Shown here piece by piece: positions 17,966 through 28,998 of a DNA stretch of 64,000 nt; position 1 is the stretch's first letter, and each line of letters opens with the position of its first letter. Both the position numbers and the translations under genes were made by a program. Origin of the DNA: Candidatus Omnitrophota bacterium (GTDB lineage: Bacteria > Omnitrophota > Gorgyraeia > Gygaellales > Profunditerraquicolaceae); the NCBI GenBank assembly GCA_049517335.1, contig JBEKSD010000002.1, positions 32,001 through 96,000 on the forward strand. Reading direction: 5' to 3'. The notes beneath the pieces were generated by a model, which was not told where the DNA came from, searched no databases, and saw only the letters and a program-made list of their open reading frames with translations.

Positions 17966-18043
17966 CGGGGCGTGGCTCAGCTTGGCTAGAGCGCTTGAAT
18001 GGGGTTCAAGAGGTCACAGGTTCAAGTCCTGTCGCCCCGACCA
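17966..18043 (+). tRNA. tRNA-Pro(GGG), encoded CCA
   Basis: CGGGGCG/CGCCCCG-A-CCA, CTTGA-AT-GGG-GT-TCAAG. Confidence 0.95.
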
Positions 18044-18067
18044 AATTTTTTAGAAGGAGGGTTAAAG

Positions 18068-18424
18068 ATGGCATATACCGGTCCTGAAAGACGAAAGCAT
18101 CAACGCATAAGTGGCCGTTTTATCGTATCATACCGTATCATTGACCCGGACGACGTAAGAGATGTTTCCCAGACAAAAAATATCAGCGTCGGCGGAATGC
18201 TTCTTACGACAAACAGGCATTTTGATGTAGGCACGAACCTTGCTTTAGAAATCAGGCTTCCCTTTGACCCGCACCCGATAATGATTATCGCAAAAGTGGC
18301 AGAGTCTCATGAAATCACCAAAAATATAATTTACGATACCCGGCTTATCTTTCTGGCGGTAGATGAGAGACATAGGAAAGTAATACAGGAAACTATAAAT
18401 TACTATTCAAAGAAAGGGCATTAA
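18068..18424 (+). CDS. PilZ-domain protein
   Basis: MAYTGPERRKHQR, NISVGG; GGAGG RBS before ATG 18068 (track start 17999 lies inside the tRNA). Confidence 0.85.
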   Translation: MAYTGPERRKHQRISGRFIVSYRIIDPDDVRDVSQTKNISVGGMLLTTNRHFDVGTNLALEIRLPFDPHPIMIIAKVAESHEITKNIIYDTRLIFLAVDERHRKVIQETINYYSKKGH

Positions 18425-19720
18425 ATGAGAAAGATTAACGTAGGGTTGATCGGGTTTGGCAACATCGGCTCCGGAGTTGTCAAAATCCTCCGCGATAGAA
18501 AAGCGTATCTGGCCCAAAAAATCGGCTTAGAAATTGAGATCAAAAAAATATGCGATAAAGATATCAGTTCCAAGAGGGCTGTTTCAGTTGATAAAGGACT
18601 GTTTACGAATGACGCTCGGGTAGTAATAGACGATCCACAGATAGACATTGTAATTGAGCTGGTTGGTGGGCTGCATCCGGCAAAAGAATTTATTTTAGGG
18701 GCATTAAAAAAAGGCAAAAACGTAGTTACCGCAAATAAGGCCTTGCTTGCTCAAGCCGGCTCGGAATTATTTGCCGAGGCGCTCGACCGGGGAAAAAATA
18801 TTTATTTTGAGGCTTCCGTCGGCGGCGGGATACCGATTATAAAGTCTTTGCGCGAAGGGCTGATAGCGAACCATTTTAACAGCGTTTTCGGCATCGTAAA
18901 CGGGACCTCTAATTATATTTTATCGCGGATGTCGCAATGCGGCTTAAGCTTTAGCCAGGCACTGGATGAAGCAAAGAAAAAGGGCTTTGCCGAAAAAGAC
19001 CCTACCCTTGACATTGAAGGCATTGATTCGGCGCATAAACTCATCCTACTTACTTACCTTTGCTTCGGGAAATTGATAAATTTTGAGGATGTTTTCATTG
19101 AAGGTATATCAAGGATTTCTTCATCCGACATACAATACGCTAAAGAGCTGGGTTTAGAGATCAAATTACTGGCTATCGCCAAAAAGAAAGATGACGGGCT
19201 GGAAGTAAGGGTGCATCCTACTTTAATCCCCAAAAATCATCTCCTCGCTTCTATTGACGGGGTATTTAACGCTATATACGTATCAGGCGATCTAGCGGGG
19301 AATCTATTATTTTACGGCCCCGGCGCAGGGCAGCTACCTACTGCTTCGGCAGTAGTTTCGGATTTAGTTGACCTGACTCAAGATATTAAAGCAGGATTAT
19401 TCAGGCCGACACTAAATATCGTAGCGGACAAATCTATTAAAAAACTGCGCAATATTGACGAAACTGAAAGCCGTTATTACATCCGTTTCATGGTTCTTGA
19501 TAAGCCGGGAGTACTGGCGAAGATTTCAGGAATCCTGGCTAAATTCGGAATCAGCATTGCTTCTGTTTCCCAGAAAGAACGCAAGGCAGCGCATGTCGTG
19601 CCTGTGGTAATCGTGATACACCGTGCACGGGAAAAAGATTTACGCGCAGCCCTATCCATGATTGATAAACTTGACGTTGTTAAGGAAAATTCCGTTGCCA
19701 TAAGAATAGAGGAATTTTAA
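18425..19720 (+). CDS. hom: Homoserine dehydrogenase (with ACT domain)
   Basis: [33 protein letters not shown]. Confidence 0.97.
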   Translation: MRKINVGLIGFGNIGSGVVKILRDRKAYLAQKIGLEIEIKKICDKDISSKRAVSVDKGLFTNDARVVIDDPQIDIVIELVGGLHPAKEFILGALKKGKNVVTANKALLAQAGSELFAEALDRGKNIYFEASVGGGIPIIKSLREGLIANHFNSVFGIVNGTSNYILSRMSQCGLSFSQALDEAKKKGFAEKDPTLDIEGIDSAHKLILLTYLCFGKLINFEDVFIEGISRISSSDIQYAKELGLEIKLLAIAKKKDDGLEVRVHPTLIPKNHLLASIDGVFNAIYVSGDLAGNLLFYGPGAGQLPTASAVVSDLVDLTQDIKAGLFRPTLNIVADKSIKKLRNIDETESRYYIRFMVLDKPGVLAKISGILAKFGISIASVSQKERKAAHVVPVVIVIHRAREKDLRAALSMIDKLDVVKENSVAIRIEEF

Positions 19721-20787
19721 TGGACGAAAGAAAATATTGCGGGATAATCGGTAGGTATAAAAAATATCTACCCGTATCGGATAAGACACCGGTTATTACT
19801 TTGAACGAAGGTAATACCCCTTTAATTCATGCCGGATATTTAAGTAAACTGCTGGGTAAAGGATTTGAAGTTTACTTAAAATATGAAGGGTTGAACCCCA
19901 CAGGCTCCTTTAAAGACAGGGGTATGACCCTGGCAATCTCCAAGGCATGCGAGGCAGGCTCAAAAGCAGTCATGTGCGCTTCTACCGGAAATACTTCCGC
20001 ATCAGCTGCCGCATATGCTGCGCGTGCAGGCATTAAATGCATTGTCTTAATCCCCAGCGGAGCCATAGCGCTCGGTAAATTAAGCCAGGCAATGATCCAC
20101 GGCGCAACGGTTTTGGCAGTAAAGGGTAATTTTGATGACGCGCTTAATCTGGCCAAAGAAATAACCGCCAACTATCCGATAACATTAGTTAATTCCCTCA
20201 ACCCCTATCGTATTGAAGGACAGAAGACCGCAAGTTTTGAGATATGCGATTACTTGGGTTATGCGCCTGATTTTCAGGTTATGCCCGTAGGCAATGCCGG
20301 CAATATTACGGCATATTGGAAAGGCTATAAAGAATATAAAGAAGATTTAAAAATCACCGATAATTTACCAGCGATGCTCGGTTTTCAGGCAGAAGGAGCT
20401 GCTCCAATAGTAAAGGGGCATCCTATAAAGAACCCGAAAACCCTGGCTACCGCCATAAGGATAGGGAATCCTGCCAGCTGGAAGAGCGCTGTGCAGGCAA
20501 GAGACGAATCAGGCGGACTTATTGATATGGTTTCAGACCAACAGATACTTGCAGCTTATAAATTATTGGCGGAAAAAGAAGGCGTGTTTGTGGAGCCGGC
20601 TTCTGCTGCATCAATTGCCGGATTATTGAAATTATCAAAGAAGGGTTACTTTAAAAGGGGAGCTAAAATAACCTGCATTCTTACCGGGCACGGCTTAAAG
20701 GATCCGGATTGCGTGATTAAAACAATTAAAAAACCTAAAACGGTAAAAGTAAACGCCAAAGCAATATTAAAAGAAATCGGCTACTAA
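19720..20787 (+). CDS. thrC: Threonine synthase
   Basis: [32 protein letters not shown]. Confidence 0.97.
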   Translation: MDERKYCGIIGRYKKYLPVSDKTPVITLNEGNTPLIHAGYLSKLLGKGFEVYLKYEGLNPTGSFKDRGMTLAISKACEAGSKAVMCASTGNTSASAAAYAARAGIKCIVLIPSGAIALGKLSQAMIHGATVLAVKGNFDDALNLAKEITANYPITLVNSLNPYRIEGQKTASFEICDYLGYAPDFQVMPVGNAGNITAYWKGYKEYKEDLKITDNLPAMLGFQAEGAAPIVKGHPIKNPKTLATAIRIGNPASWKSAVQARDESGGLIDMVSDQQILAAYKLLAEKEGVFVEPASAASIAGLLKLSKKGYFKRGAKITCILTGHGLKDPDCVIKTIKKPKTVKVNAKAILKEIGY

Positions 20788-20791
20788 AGTT

Positions 20792-21379
20792 TTGAAAAAC
20801 TACAGGGGAAAAAGAATATTAATCACCGCCGGCCCGACCTGGACAGCGATAGATAAGGTGAGGGTAATCAGCAATACGGCAAGCGGAGAAACCGGCAAAT
20901 TACTCGCTCAGGCCCTGACTGGGCTGGGAGCTAAGGTTACTTTATTATCAGGCCCTTTTAGTTTTGATTATTTAAGAAGCTCTTTAACAAAAGAATTAAG
21001 GTCAAAAAAATACGCTATCGTGATTCACTCGGCAGCAGTTTCTGATTACCGCCCGGCAAAAGTATTTAACGGTAAACTTGAATCCGGGAGGGAATCTTTA
21101 ACTTTAAAACTTGTACAGGCGCCGAAGATTATTAATTCAATAAAGAAAATATCTCCTGGCTCACTTTTGGTAGGTTTCAAATTTGAACCTGAAGCCTCAA
21201 AAACGAAACTGATAAAAGAAGCTAAATTTCTTTTAAACAAGGCAAAAGCGGATTTTGTAGTCGCGAATACTAAAAATAACAATAAGTACCGGGCGTTCAT
21301 TATTTCCCGAAGTGAAACCCTAGGCCCGTTTTTAAGTAAAAGTGCACTGGTTAACTCTTTAATCCATACTTTACTATGA
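20792..21379 (+). CDS. coaB: Phosphopantothenate-cysteine ligase (CoaB) domain protein, stand-alone
   Basis: ITAGPT...ID.VR.ISN..SG, AAVSDY, VGFK.E, VAN; TTG start. Confidence 0.8.
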   Translation: MKNYRGKRILITAGPTWTAIDKVRVISNTASGETGKLLAQALTGLGAKVTLLSGPFSFDYLRSSLTKELRSKKYAIVIHSAAVSDYRPAKVFNGKLESGRESLTLKLVQAPKIINSIKKISPGSLLVGFKFEPEASKTKLIKEAKFLLNKAKADFVVANTKNNNKYRAFIISRSETLGPFLSKSALVNSLIHTLL

Positions 21380-22581
21380 AATATATTGTTTTAGTCGCAG
21401 ATGGAATGGCTGATTATCCGGTTAAAGAACTGGGAGACCGCACTCCTATAGAAGCGGCGCGCACCCCTAACCTAGATTTCATTGCAAAGAACGGCTCGCT
21501 CGGTAGGATTAAAACTATACCCGATAAAATGAGTCCGGCTTCCGATGTGGCGAACCTTTCCATCATTGGATACGACCCGCAAAAGTATTATACCGGGCGC
21601 GGCCCGCTTGAGGCGGCAAATTTGGGCGTAGAACTTGAAGAGGACGATGTTGCTTTCCGCTGTAACCTCATTACCGCTTCAGGGGATACCCTTGTAGATT
21701 ACAGCGCCGGTCATATCAAGACCGAAGAAGCGTCTATCCTGATAAAATACCTTGATCAGGCCTTAGGAGGCGAACGGATAAAATTCTACCCCGGAGTAAG
21801 CTACCGGCATCTTCTTCTAATCAAGGGCGGTTCTGATAAGGATCTTGAAAATTTAAAATGCCGGGCACCCCATGATATTACCGGAGAAAATATCATAAAG
21901 AATCTCCCTAAAGGCAACGGCGCAGAAACCATAATTAGGCTAATGGAGGACTCTCGTAAACTACTGGAGCGCCATGAAATTAACCTTATCAGGATAGACC
22001 TGAAAGAAAATCCGGCAAATATGATCTGGCTATGGGGACAAGGAAAGAAACCGGTTCTGCCTAAGTTTATTGATAAATTCGGAATAACCGGCAGCGTCAT
22101 CTCTGCAGTAGATTTGATAAAAGGCTTGGGCAGATTTCTCGGCTTAGAAGTAATTAACGTAGAGGGTGCAACCGGTTATTACGACACTAATTATCAAGGA
22201 AAAGCAGACGCAGCGCTGAGATCGCTTAGAATACGCGATTTTGTTTTTGTGCATGTTGAGGCCCCTGATGAAGCAGGCCATAACGGCGACTTAAGGGAGA
22301 AAATTACCGCTATAGAAAGGTTTGACCAGCTTATCGTAGAAAGGATTCTGGAAGAATTCAAAGGCCGCGATGACTTCCGACTGCTTGTGCTCCCCGATCA
22401 CGCAACTCCGGTTTCGGTAAAGACTCACACCTCGGAACCAGTGCTTTTTGGTATCTTTGGCAAGGATATTCCAAAAGGCTCATTTCAGGCCTATTCTGAA
22501 AAGGAAGCGGAAAAATCCGGCCTGTATTTTGATAAAGGGTATGAACTAATGGAGTATTTTATCAGGGGGACTCATGCATAA
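21376..22581 (+). CDS. apgM: Cofactor-independent phosphoglycerate mutase, ApgM family (possible homoserine kinase)
   Basis: DGMAD, SDVANL, YTGRGPLEA, HVEAPDEAGH, PDHATP. Confidence 0.9.
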   Translation: MKYIVLVADGMADYPVKELGDRTPIEAARTPNLDFIAKNGSLGRIKTIPDKMSPASDVANLSIIGYDPQKYYTGRGPLEAANLGVELEEDDVAFRCNLITASGDTLVDYSAGHIKTEEASILIKYLDQALGGERIKFYPGVSYRHLLLIKGGSDKDLENLKCRAPHDITGENIIKNLPKGNGAETIIRLMEDSRKLLERHEINLIRIDLKENPANMIWLWGQGKKPVLPKFIDKFGITGSVISAVDLIKGLGRFLGLEVINVEGATGYYDTNYQGKADAALRSLRIRDFVFVHVEAPDEAGHNGDLREKITAIERFDQLIVERILEEFKGRDDFRLLVLPDHATPVSVKTHTSEPVLFGIFGKDIPKGSFQAYSEKEAEKSGLYFDKGYELMEYFIRGTHA

Positions 22582-23794
22582 AAAACTGATTGTTCAAAAG
22601 TTCGGCGGCTCATCGGTGGCAAATGCCGAATGCATTCAGAATGTCGCTAAAAGAATAGTCGGCTACAGAAAGAAAAAATATGACCTTGTTGTTGTGGTTT
22701 CCGCATTAGGCGATACTACGGATGAACTGATTGAATTGGCGGCTAAAATTACGAACAATCCTTCAAAAAGAGAAATGGACATGCTCCTTTCAACGGGTGA
22801 GCAGATATCCGTCGCGCTCTTGGCTATGGCAATCCACAAACTTGGGTATGAAGCAGTATCTTTTACCGGGGCACAGGTTGGAATCATTACCGATAAGAGC
22901 CATACAAAAGCGCGCATTATCAAGATTAACACCGATAAAATACGGCAAGCATTGAAAGAAAGAAAGATTGTAATTGTCGCTGGGTTTCAGGGCACGACAT
23001 TAGACCAGGATATTACGACTCTGGGCCGCGGCGGCTCGGACCTGACGGCTGTGGCATTAGCAAAAGAATTAAAAGCGGATGAATGCGAGATTTACACGGA
23101 CGTGGAGGGGATTTATACCACCGACCCCCGCATTGAGCCGAAAGCACAGAAATTAAAGGATATTACTTACGATGAAATGCTTGAGATGGCTTCACTCGGG
23201 GCTCAAGTTATGCAGCCACGTTCAATAGAAGTTGCCAAAAAGTTTGATGTCCCCCTGCACGTGCGTTCTTCGTTTTCCTTTAATCCCGGAACCATGATTA
23301 TCAAGGAGGTAAAAATAATGGAAGAGGTAGTTATCAGAGGAGTGACTTTAAATAAAAGCGAGGCAAAAATCACAATCTGTGATGTCCCAGATAAGCCGGG
23401 GGTTGCGGCGAAAATATTCAAGGAATTATCTTCGGGCGGAATAAGCGTTGACATGATCGTCCAGAATGTGAGTCATACACGCAAGACCGACCTTTCATTT
23501 ACAGTCACAAAAACGGACCTGCCGAAAGCATCGCGGCTTGTTAAGAAGGTCGCCAAGAACGTGGGTGCGGGAGAGGTTTTGAAGGATCAGGATATTGCCC
23601 GGGTTTCGGTTGTAGGAGTGGGGATGAAGTCGCATCCGGGCGTGGCGGCAACTATGTTTGGCACTATGGCGGAAAAACAAATTAACATTGAGATGATTTC
23701 AACGTCCGATATCAGTATTTCCTGTATCATAAAAAAGAAATTTGCTGAAATCGCAGTCAAGGCATTGCACGAAAAATTCGGTTTGGGGAAATAA
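22574..23794 (+). CDS. lysC: Aspartate kinase
   Basis: VQKFGGSSV, TLGRGGSD, two ACT domains. Confidence 0.97.
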   Translation: MHKKLIVQKFGGSSVANAECIQNVAKRIVGYRKKKYDLVVVVSALGDTTDELIELAAKITNNPSKREMDMLLSTGEQISVALLAMAIHKLGYEAVSFTGAQVGIITDKSHTKARIIKINTDKIRQALKERKIVIVAGFQGTTLDQDITTLGRGGSDLTAVALAKELKADECEIYTDVEGIYTTDPRIEPKAQKLKDITYDEMLEMASLGAQVMQPRSIEVAKKFDVPLHVRSSFSFNPGTMIIKEVKIMEEVVIRGVTLNKSEAKITICDVPDKPGVAAKIFKELSSGGISVDMIVQNVSHTRKTDLSFTVTKTDLPKASRLVKKVAKNVGAGEVLKDQDIARVSVVGVGMKSHPGVAATMFGTMAEKQINIEMISTSDISISCIIKKKFAEIAVKALHEKFGLGK

Positions 23795-23808
23795 TTTAAG
23801 GGGTCAAT

Positions 23809-25377
23809 ATGCATAAAGTAAAATTATATGATACGACGCTACGTGACGGAGCGCAAGGTGAGGGCATTTCTTATTCTGTGTTGGATAAGATCAGTATTAC
23901 GCGAGAACTGGATTTATTTGGAGTGCATTATATCGAAGGCGGCTGGCCAGGGTCAAACCCGAAAGATATGGAGTTTTTCCTTCAGATGAAAAAGAAGGAA
24001 CTAAAAAACGCAAAACTCACAGCTTTCAGTATGACGAGGCGAGTGGACGCAAAAGCCGAAGACGATATCAGCCTTAAAGCGATACTTAAGTCCGGGGCTA
24101 CCGTTGTAACTATCGTCGGTAAAACGTGGGACCTGCATGTAAAAGAAGTACTTAAGGTCGGGCTTGATGAAAATATAAAGATGATTAAAGATACGGTGGA
24201 ATTTATCAAAAATTCCGGCCTTACGGTTTTTTATGATGCGGAACATTTTTTTGACGCGTGGAAAAATAATAAAGACTACAGTTTAAAATGCTTAAACGCC
24301 GCAGTTGACGCAGGTGCACAAGCAGTGTGCCTCTGCGATACTAACGGCGGCACAATTACTTCCGAGATCTCCCGGGTCGTCGCGGAAGTAAGGCGTCATT
24401 TCAAAGATATAATGGTAGGTATTCATTGCCATAATGATGCTGGCCTCGCGGTGGCAAACTCCATTGCTGCGGCTGAGGCAGGCGCGGATATGGTGCAGGG
24501 GACAATCAACGGGTATGGCGAAAGATGCGGGAACGCCGACCTTATCCCGATCATCGCTAATCTTAAATTAAAATTAGGAATTAACTGCGTCCCTGATTCC
24601 GCCTTAAAAAACCTGACCCATTTATCGCATTTTATCAGCGAAATCAGCAATATGCGCACAAAAAATGACCAGCCTTTCGTAGGAGAATCTGCTTTTGCGC
24701 ATAAAGGTGGGATGCATATTAACGCGGTAATGAAAGAACCGAAAACATATGAGCATATTGACCCCACTTGTGTGGGAAATCACCGCAGAATACTGGTTTC
24801 TGAATTAGGCGGCAAGACGGGTATACTGCTGCGCGCTAAAGCGCTGGAATTTGATTTGAGCAAAGAAGATCCAAAGACCAAAAAGATATTGGAGTTGGTG
24901 CAGAAATTAGAACATCAGGGTTATCACTTTGAAGCAGCTGAAGCGTCTTTCGAACTTCTGATGAAGCGAGCGCTTAATAAATATAAGAAATTCTTTGAAT
25001 TGGAAGGTTTCCGGGTAGTGATTGAAAAACTTTCTGATAAAAAGATTACATCGGAAGCAATAATTAAATTAAAAGTAAACGGAATCAAAGAACATACCGC
25101 AGCCGATGGTGACGGGCCGGTTAATGCCCTGGACAACGCTCTGCGTAAGGCTCTGAAAGAATTTTACCCTACGCTATCTAAAATGCATCTTTCGGATTTT
25201 AAGGTGCGGGTATTGGAAGGCAAAGAAGGTACTGCTGCGAAGGTACGCGTCCTTATCCAGTCGCAGGATGAAATTAATGCCTGGAATACTATTGGAGTCC
25301 ATGAAAATATTATTGAAGCTAGCTGGGAGGCTCTCGTAGACAGTATTGAGTATAAATTGTTAAAAGATTCACCATAG
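23809..25377 (+). CDS. cimA: Citramalate synthase
   Basis: DTTLRDGAQGEG, IEGGWPGSNPKD, DAEHFFD, HCHND, GERCGN. Confidence 0.93.
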   Translation: MHKVKLYDTTLRDGAQGEGISYSVLDKISITRELDLFGVHYIEGGWPGSNPKDMEFFLQMKKKELKNAKLTAFSMTRRVDAKAEDDISLKAILKSGATVVTIVGKTWDLHVKEVLKVGLDENIKMIKDTVEFIKNSGLTVFYDAEHFFDAWKNNKDYSLKCLNAAVDAGAQAVCLCDTNGGTITSEISRVVAEVRRHFKDIMVGIHCHNDAGLAVANSIAAAEAGADMVQGTINGYGERCGNADLIPIIANLKLKLGINCVPDSALKNLTHLSHFISEISNMRTKNDQPFVGESAFAHKGGMHINAVMKEPKTYEHIDPTCVGNHRRILVSELGGKTGILLRAKALEFDLSKEDPKTKKILELVQKLEHQGYHFEAAEASFELLMKRALNKYKKFFELEGFRVVIEKLSDKKITSEAIIKLKVNGIKEHTAADGDGPVNALDNALRKALKEFYPTLSKMHLSDFKVRVLEGKEGTAAKVRVLIQSQDEINAWNTIGVHENIIEASWEALVDSIEYKLLKDSP

Positions 25378-25385
25378 ATACCGTT

Positions 25386-28127
25386 ATGACTGAAATCCCA
25401 AGCCGTTATAATCCCAAAACCTGCGAGGATAAGTGGTACGGGTTTTGGGAAACAAAAAAATATTTTAGCGCTAAGCCTCGAAGCCCCAAAAAACCTTTCA
25501 CAATAGTCATTCCTCCGCCCAATGTAACCGGAATTCTGCATATGGGCCATGCCTTGAATAATACTATTCAGGATATACTTATCCGTCATCACCGTATGAA
25601 AGGCGAAGAAACGCTCTGGATGCCGGGTACTGACCACGCCGGTATTGCTACTCAAAACGTAGTTGAGAAATCCATTGCCAAAGAAGGCCTAAAGAGGCAG
25701 GATTTAGGAAGAGAGAAATTTGTCGAGCGGGTCTGGCTTTGGAAAGAACAATACGGCTCAACTATTATAAAACAACTTAAGAAATTAGGCGCCTCATGCG
25801 ACTGGGACCGCCTGCGTTTTACTATGGATGAGGAATACTCCAAGTCCGTTATTGAAGCATTCGTTAAATTATATGAGAAAAAATTAATTTACCGCGGCAG
25901 CTATATAATCAACTGGTGCCCACGCTGCCAGACCGCGTTATCTGATGAGGAGGCTCCACACCATGAATTAAAGGGTAATCTTTATTATTTAAAGTATCCC
26001 TTAAAAGATAATCCCGATGAGTTTATTACCGTTGCTACAACCCGGCCCGAAACCATGTTAGGAGATACCGCCGTTGCGGTTAACCCCAAGGATAAACGAT
26101 ATAAAAAACTAATCGGCAAAAGCCTGATCTTGCCCTTGATTAACAGGGAAATAAAAATAATTGCCGATTCCCTCGTTGACATGAAATTCGGCACCGGCGC
26201 GGTTAAAGTAACACCTGCTCATGACCCCAATGATTACGCCCTTGGTAAAAAACATTCCTTGGAGTTTATAAATGTAATGCATCCTGACGGCCGCATGAAC
26301 GCAGAAGCTGGCGAATACCAGGATATGGACAGGTTTGAGGCGCGCGAAGTAATTTTGGAAGATTTAAAAGAAAAAGGGTACTTGGAAAAAATCGAACCGC
26401 ATACTTTATCGGCCGGGCATTGTTACCGCTGTCACACGATTATTGAGCCTTATTTGTCCCGGCAGTGGTTTGTGAAAATGCAGCCCCTGGCTAAGCCGGC
26501 GATTGAAGCGGTAAAAAAATGTAAAATCAAATTCCATCCCCAGCGCTGGACTAAAGTTTATCTTAACTGGATGGAGAACATACAAGACTGGTGCATATCG
26601 CGCCAGATATGGTGGGGCCATAGAATTCCGGCTTGGTACTGCGCACAATGTCATCCAAAAGTTAAGGTATTCTTGGATCCGAAAGGTGATAAGTTAGATT
26701 CAGATAAACCGATACCAAAAGCTCATTTTGAAACTGATAACTTGAGTAATCTTACTCCTGACATTGAACCAATTATTTCTAAAGATAAACCGGTATGTAA
26801 AAAATGTGGAGTTTCTGATTATATGATACAAGATCCAGATGTTTTGGATACCTGGTTTTCAAGCTGGCTTTGGCCCTTTGCGACTTTCTATTGGCCAAAA
26901 GAATCCGAAGACCTGAAATATTTTTATCCTACTTCGGCCCTTGTCACCGCTCCTGAGATAATCTTTTTCTGGGTCGCCCGGATGATTATGTCCGGTTTTG
27001 AATTTATGGACAGGGAGCCGTTCAGAGATGTTTATATCCACGGCACAGTGCGCGATATTGAAGGAAAAAAAATGTCCAAATCCTTAGGTAACATTATTGA
27101 CCCGCTGGAGATAATTGATGAATACGGGGCTGACGCCTTAAGGTTCAGCCTGATATCCATTACCGCCCAAGGGCAGGATGTATTCCTCTCAAAAGAAAGG
27201 TTTGAACAAGGGAGGAATTTTGCCAACAAGATCTGGAACGCATCAAGGTTCATCCTGATGAACCTTGATCAAAGTCAAGTTAGAGTAGACCTCTGCGAGT
27301 ACGCAAGAGCGGAAAACTTAAGCTTAATCAACGGCTGGATCTTAAGCCGCTATTATTCGACATTAGAAGAAGTCAACAAAAACCTTGAAAATTTCAAGTT
27401 CAATGAAGCGGCGAACCTGCTTTACGTCTTCTTCTGGCATGAGTTTTGCGACTGGTACCTTGAATTAATCAAGCCGGAAATCAAGTCGCATCAAAATCAG
27501 GTAGTAATGTATAAAGTTTTGGAGAAATTTTTAAGGATACTGCATCCGTTTATGCCTTTCATTACGGAAGAAATCTGGCAACAGCTTCCGCATGAAGGAG
27601 AATCAATCATGACACAGCCCTGGCCGCATATCCAGCAAAACCTAATTGATAAGAAGACTGATACCCGGACGTCCGCTTTATTTGAAGTCATAAATACGAT
27701 AAGGAACATGCGCCTTGAACTAGAAGTGGGATTAAACGAACCGATAGATGTTAAGGTATTCTCGGGATCAAAAGAGACGCTTAAATTACTTGATATAGCT
27801 CGAGGTTACATCAAAAATCTGGCAAAAACAGGAAGCTTGAGTTTCTTTGAACATTACGCGCGGGCTGAATCTGAATTTGTGGCTGTAGTAAAAGATATGC
27901 ATATCGCCATACCTTTGGCTGCTTCGGATATAGAGAAACAAAAAAACAAAATTGAAGAGAGGATACAAAAGACAAAAGCCGCGATAAATTCAAAAGAGAA
28001 GACATTGGCCAATGATAACTTCATAAAGAAGGCACCTGTAGAGATTGTCGCAGGGGAAAAAGAGAAATTAAAAAACCTGGGGGAAACCCTTAAAAAACTG
28101 GAGGCAGTGAAAAATGGACTCATGTAA
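25386..28127 (+). CDS. valS: Valine-tRNA ligase
   Basis: PPPNVTG.LHMGH, DHAGIATQ, KMSKS, C-terminal coiled coil. Confidence 0.98.
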   Translation: MTEIPSRYNPKTCEDKWYGFWETKKYFSAKPRSPKKPFTIVIPPPNVTGILHMGHALNNTIQDILIRHHRMKGEETLWMPGTDHAGIATQNVVEKSIAKEGLKRQDLGREKFVERVWLWKEQYGSTIIKQLKKLGASCDWDRLRFTMDEEYSKSVIEAFVKLYEKKLIYRGSYIINWCPRCQTALSDEEAPHHELKGNLYYLKYPLKDNPDEFITVATTRPETMLGDTAVAVNPKDKRYKKLIGKSLILPLINREIKIIADSLVDMKFGTGAVKVTPAHDPNDYALGKKHSLEFINVMHPDGRMNAEAGEYQDMDRFEAREVILEDLKEKGYLEKIEPHTLSAGHCYRCHTIIEPYLSRQWFVKMQPLAKPAIEAVKKCKIKFHPQRWTKVYLNWMENIQDWCISRQIWWGHRIPAWYCAQCHPKVKVFLDPKGDKLDSDKPIPKAHFETDNLSNLTPDIEPIISKDKPVCKKCGVSDYMIQDPDVLDTWFSSWLWPFATFYWPKESEDLKYFYPTSALVTAPEIIFFWVARMIMSGFEFMDREPFRDVYIHGTVRDIEGKKMSKSLGNIIDPLEIIDEYGADALRFSLISITAQGQDVFLSKERFEQGRNFANKIWNASRFILMNLDQSQVRVDLCEYARAENLSLINGWILSRYYSTLEEVNKNLENFKFNEAANLLYVFFWHEFCDWYLELIKPEIKSHQNQVVMYKVLEKFLRILHPFMPFITEEIWQQLPHEGESIMTQPWPHIQQNLIDKKTDTRTSALFEVINTIRNMRLELEVGLNEPIDVKVFSGSKETLKLLDIARGYIKNLAKTGSLSFFEHYARAESEFVAVVKDMHIAIPLAASDIEKQKNKIEERIQKTKAAINSKEKTLANDNFIKKAPVEIVAGEKEKLKNLGETLKKLEAVKNGLM

Positions 28128-28995
28128 ATATTTTCTTTCCGAAGAAAAATTTGAGTTGGATCAAAAAAAATTAGAATCAATCGTGCGCCATGCCTTAGTT
28201 GAAGACATCGGTAAAGGCGATATCACAACCCAATTGACCATACCCAAAGATAAGAACATTAGGGCAGTGCTAATGGCGAAAGAAAATTTCATAGCCTGCG
28301 GACTTACGGTTGCGGAAAAAGTTTTTAAGACGGTAGATAGCAAGGTTAAATTCAAACCGCTTGCCAGCGAGGGGCAGAAGGTAAAGAATAAAAAGATTAT
28401 TGCGCGCATTTCCGGAAAAGCGGTAAGCATCTTGAGCGCTGAAAGGGTCGCGCTTAACTTGCTAAGCATGCTCTCCGGTATTGCGACTAAAACAAGGGAA
28501 TATGTCAAGTGCATTGAGCCTTATAAGACCAAGATTACCGATACACGCAAAACATTCCCCGGATTAAGAGACCTGCAGAAATACGCAGTGCGTATCGGTG
28601 GAGGGCACAGCCATAGGATGGGTCTGGATGAAATGATCCTGATTAAAGACAATCATATAAAGATTACGGAAGGTTATGAAAAACTTCCCAGCGTGCCGCC
28701 GGGGTTCAAGATTGAAGTTGAAGTCCAGAACTTGGAAGAATTCAAGCATGCAATAAGGTTTAAGCCGGATGTCATTATGCTTGACAACATGGGCCTTGAG
28801 GACATCGAAAAGGCGGTAAAAATCCGTAACGGTATACTTTTTAATTCCCATCACCCGCGCACGAAACTTGAAGCTTCAGGCGGGATAGATTTTAAAAACG
28901 TGCGTAAAATCGCATCTACCGGAGTAGATATAATTTCAATAGGCGCCCTTACGCATGACGTAAAATCCGCGGACATAAGCCTGGAAATTCCTTAA
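28114..28995 (+). CDS. nadC: Nicotinate-nucleotide pyrophosphorylase
   Basis: ED...GDIT, DTRKT.PG, HR.GL, MLDNM, EASGG. Confidence 0.96.
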   Translation: MDSCKYFLSEEKFELDQKKLESIVRHALVEDIGKGDITTQLTIPKDKNIRAVLMAKENFIACGLTVAEKVFKTVDSKVKFKPLASEGQKVKNKKIIARISGKAVSILSAERVALNLLSMLSGIATKTREYVKCIEPYKTKITDTRKTFPGLRDLQKYAVRIGGGHSHRMGLDEMILIKDNHIKITEGYEKLPSVPPGFKIEVEVQNLEEFKHAIRFKPDVIMLDNMGLEDIEKAVKIRNGILFNSHHPRTKLEASGGIDFKNVRKIASTGVDIISIGALTHDVKSADISLEIP

Positions 28996-28998
28996 ATT

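Noticed and set aside
17999-18067. Longer N-terminus for the second PilZ protein
   Set aside because: It starts within tRNA-Pro; an RBS supports ATG 18068
26650-26775. Intein in ValRS (also checked DnaE)
   Set aside because: No C/S...HN splice motifs and the insert is far too short; DnaE length is normal
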